Shown here piece by piece: positions 62,045-64,000 of a stretch of 64,000 bases of DNA. The notes under the pieces were generated by a model. It searched no databases and was not told where the DNA came from. It was given only the letters and a program-made list of their open reading frames with translations. Source of the stretch: Alphaproteobacteria bacterium (GTDB taxonomy: Bacteria; Pseudomonadota; Alphaproteobacteria; MPNO01; UBA830); contig OZ251539.1 in NCBI GenBank assembly GCA_965243135.1, positions 192,001 through 256,000 on the forward strand. Direction: 5' to 3'. Numbering within the stretch: the first letter of the stretch is position 1; every line of letters starts with the position of its first letter. Both the position numbers and the translations under genes were made by a program.

Positions 62045-63643
62045 ATGGAAAAAATGGAATTCGATCACGTGATCGTGGGCGGCGGCTCCGCGGGATGCGT
62101 GATCGCCGCGCGCCTCGCCGCGGAGAGCTCCGACGCGGTCGCCCTTGTGGAGCGCGGACGCGGAGACGACAGCCGCTGGATCCATATTCCGGCCACCTTT
62201 TTCAAGGCGATTCAGAGCCAGGACGCCGAAGCCGTCGTGTCGGAACCCGATCCGACGCTCGACGGATTGCCGTTTCCCGTGCCGCAGGGCCGGGTGCTGG
62301 GCGGCGGCTCGTCGGTCAACGGCATGCTGTACATGCGCGGACAGCGCCGGGACTACGACGATTGGGAGCGCGCGCACGGTTGCAAGGGCTGGAGCTACGC
62401 CGACGTGCTGCCGGTCTTCCGGCGCCAGGAGAGGAACGTCAGGATCCGCAACGAGTATCACGGCGCCGAAGGCAGGCTCGTCGTGGCCGATCCGCATTCT
62501 CCGCATCCGGTCTCGAAAGCCGTCATCGAAGCCGCTGTCGGGGCGGGCGTCCCTCCCACCGACGATTTCAACGGCGCGACCCAGGAGGGCGTCGGCTGGT
62601 ATCAGATAACCGCTCACGGCGGACAGCGGCAATCGGCGGCGCATTGCTTCCTGAAACCGGAACTCGGGCGCGAGAACCTTTCGCTCCTGACCGGCATGCT
62701 CGTCGAGCGAATCCGGATCGACGACCGGCGGGCGACGGCCGTCGAGGCGCGGCGCGGCGACGGCGGCGAGGTGCTGATCGCCGCCCGCAAGGGCGTCGTC
62801 CTGTCCGCCGGCAGCTTTCAGAGCCCGAAGTTGCTGATGCTCTCCGGCGTCGGTCCCAGAGACGAGCTGCTTCGCCACGGGATCGACCTGGTGTGCGATT
62901 CTCCCGAAGTCGGCGCCAACTATCAGGATCACGTCGGCGCTCCGGTCACGAGGCGGTTGGCCGGAGCGAAAGGCTTTCACGGCGCGGACAGGGGACTGTC
63001 GGCCCTCAGGCACGGTTTCGACTATTTCGTCCTGAAGCGAGGCCTGTTGATGTCCAATCTCCTCGAGGCCGGCGCCTGCGTCGACACCGGCGGAACGGGC
63101 CGGCCCGACGTCCAGTACAATTTCGCTCCCTTCGCCCCGGGCCGGCCCGGAGAGCCGCCGCTTCCGCTGCACGCGGTCCAGGTCCACCCGATGACCATGC
63201 GTCCGAAATCCCGCGGCCGCCTCGGTCTCAGGTCGAGGGATCCGAAAGACGCGCCGCGGTTCGAGTCGCGCGTTCTCGACGGCGAGGAGGACCTCGACGC
63301 GCTGCGCCGCGGCGTTCGCCTGGCGCAGGAGATATTCGCGCAGCCGCCGCTTCGCGAGATCGTGGGCGAGGAAATCTGGCCGGGCCCCGACGTCAGTTCC
63401 GCGGTCGGATCCAACACGCTCGACGACGCGATCCGGAAGCAGGCGCGCACGATCTTCCATCCCGCCGGCACCTGCCGCATGGGAGGCGACCGGCGCGCGG
63501 TGGTCGACCCGGAACTCCGGTTGAACGGCGTGGACAACCTGCGCGTGGCCGATTGCTCGGTCATGCCGGCGCTGGTTTCGGGCAATACCAACGCGCCGAC
63601 GATGATGATCGCCGACAGGGCGGCCGACCTGATTCTCGGTTGA
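62045..63643 (+). CDS. GMC oxidoreductase (choline dehydrogenase-like)
   Basis: FDHVIVGGGSAGC, GRVLGGGSSVNGMLYMRG, SPKLLMLSGVG, HPAGTCRMG and SGNTNAPTMMIA motifs. Confidence 0.95.
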   Translation: MEKMEFDHVIVGGGSAGCVIAARLAAESSDAVALVERGRGDDSRWIHIPATFFKAIQSQDAEAVVSEPDPTLDGLPFPVPQGRVLGGGSSVNGMLYMRGQRRDYDDWERAHGCKGWSYADVLPVFRRQERNVRIRNEYHGAEGRLVVADPHSPHPVSKAVIEAAVGAGVPPTDDFNGATQEGVGWYQITAHGGQRQSAAHCFLKPELGRENLSLLTGMLVERIRIDDRRATAVEARRGDGGEVLIAARKGVVLSAGSFQSPKLLMLSGVGPRDELLRHGIDLVCDSPEVGANYQDHVGAPVTRRLAGAKGFHGADRGLSALRHGFDYFVLKRGLLMSNLLEAGACVDTGGTGRPDVQYNFAPFAPGRPGEPPLPLHAVQVHPMTMRPKSRGRLGLRSRDPKDAPRFESRVLDGEEDLDALRRGVRLAQEIFAQPPLREIVGEEIWPGPDVSSAVGSNTLDDAIRKQARTIFHPAGTCRMGGDRRAVVDPELRLNGVDNLRVADCSVMPALVSGNTNAPTMMIADRAADLILG

Positions 63644-63811
63644 CGGACGGCGGGCCGCGCCGCGTTGCCGCTCGGCGCAGCCGCAGGCGTTCGAGGACGG
63701 GCCGTCCGACCCGCTTGCCGGCCGGCCCCGGCGGCTTCCCTGTCGCGCTTGCGGAAGCGGCGGGACGCTCCTATACGGAAGAGGTTGCCGGTGCCGCTTC
63801 GGGAAGAGGCT

Positions 63812-64000
63812 ATGGAATCGGATTTCGCACTCGACGGCCGGATCGCCGTGGTCACCGGCCCGGCGAAGGGGATGGGCGCCGAGGTGACGGCCACCCTCGC
63901 GCGGGCCGGCGCCGATCTGGTTCTCGCCGGCCGGGATCTCGCTCCGGTCGAAGAGGTCGCGGAGGAGGCGCGGGCGCTTGGACGCCGCGCGGTCGTCGTT
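63812..64000 (+). CDS. Short-chain dehydrogenase/reductase, 3'-partial
   Basis: MESDFALDGRIAVVTGPAKGMG...LARAGADLVLAGR Rossmann start; runs off the window end. Confidence 0.85.
   Translation, partial: MESDFALDGRIAVVTGPAKGMGAEVTATLARAGADLVLAGRDLAPVEEVAEEARALGRRAVVV

Noticed and set aside
1-64000. Diversity-generating retroelement, retron or site-specific invertase driving the repeat variation
   Set aside because: No reverse transcriptase or recombinase ORF was recognised, and by eye the differences between repeat pairs are not adenine-specific.

Overview
This is a very GC-rich window from an alphaproteobacterium. The rpsD sequence is alphaproteobacterial-type. The gene content resembles marine or sponge-associated lineages, but that is inference. 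Bases 1-33289 are the 3' part (>11,000 aa, start upstream of the window) of a giant Calx-beta/Ig-repeat surface protein with a C-terminal autotransporter-like beta-barrel. Bases 33.5-50.3 kb are an accessory region. It holds a decaying restriction-modification islet between ~100-bp direct repeats, a complete DDE insertion sequence with its derived MITE and a truncated copy, and two paralogous 'slots' with shared flanks. Each slot carries a different surface-protein gene behind a simple-sequence repeat: an autotransporter behind a poly-C promoter spacer, and a TbpB-like lipoprotein behind a 32x13-bp leader array. Bases 50.6-57.3 kb contain two inverted copies of a ~1.5-kb transposase-less cassette, each with its own promoter and a gene for a membrane-anchored, repeat-variable coiled-coil protein. 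The right copy is complete, with 11-bp terminal inverted repeats (TIRs) and an 8-bp target-site duplication (TSD). The two copies bracket rpsD and a NitT/TauT-type ABC transporter. The rest is a catabolic cluster: M20 amidohydrolase, atypical Asp/Glu-racemase-family and cyclic amidohydrolase genes, ornithine cyclodeaminase family, GMC oxidoreductase and an SDR. All family assignments are from motif recognition by eye; no searches were run.
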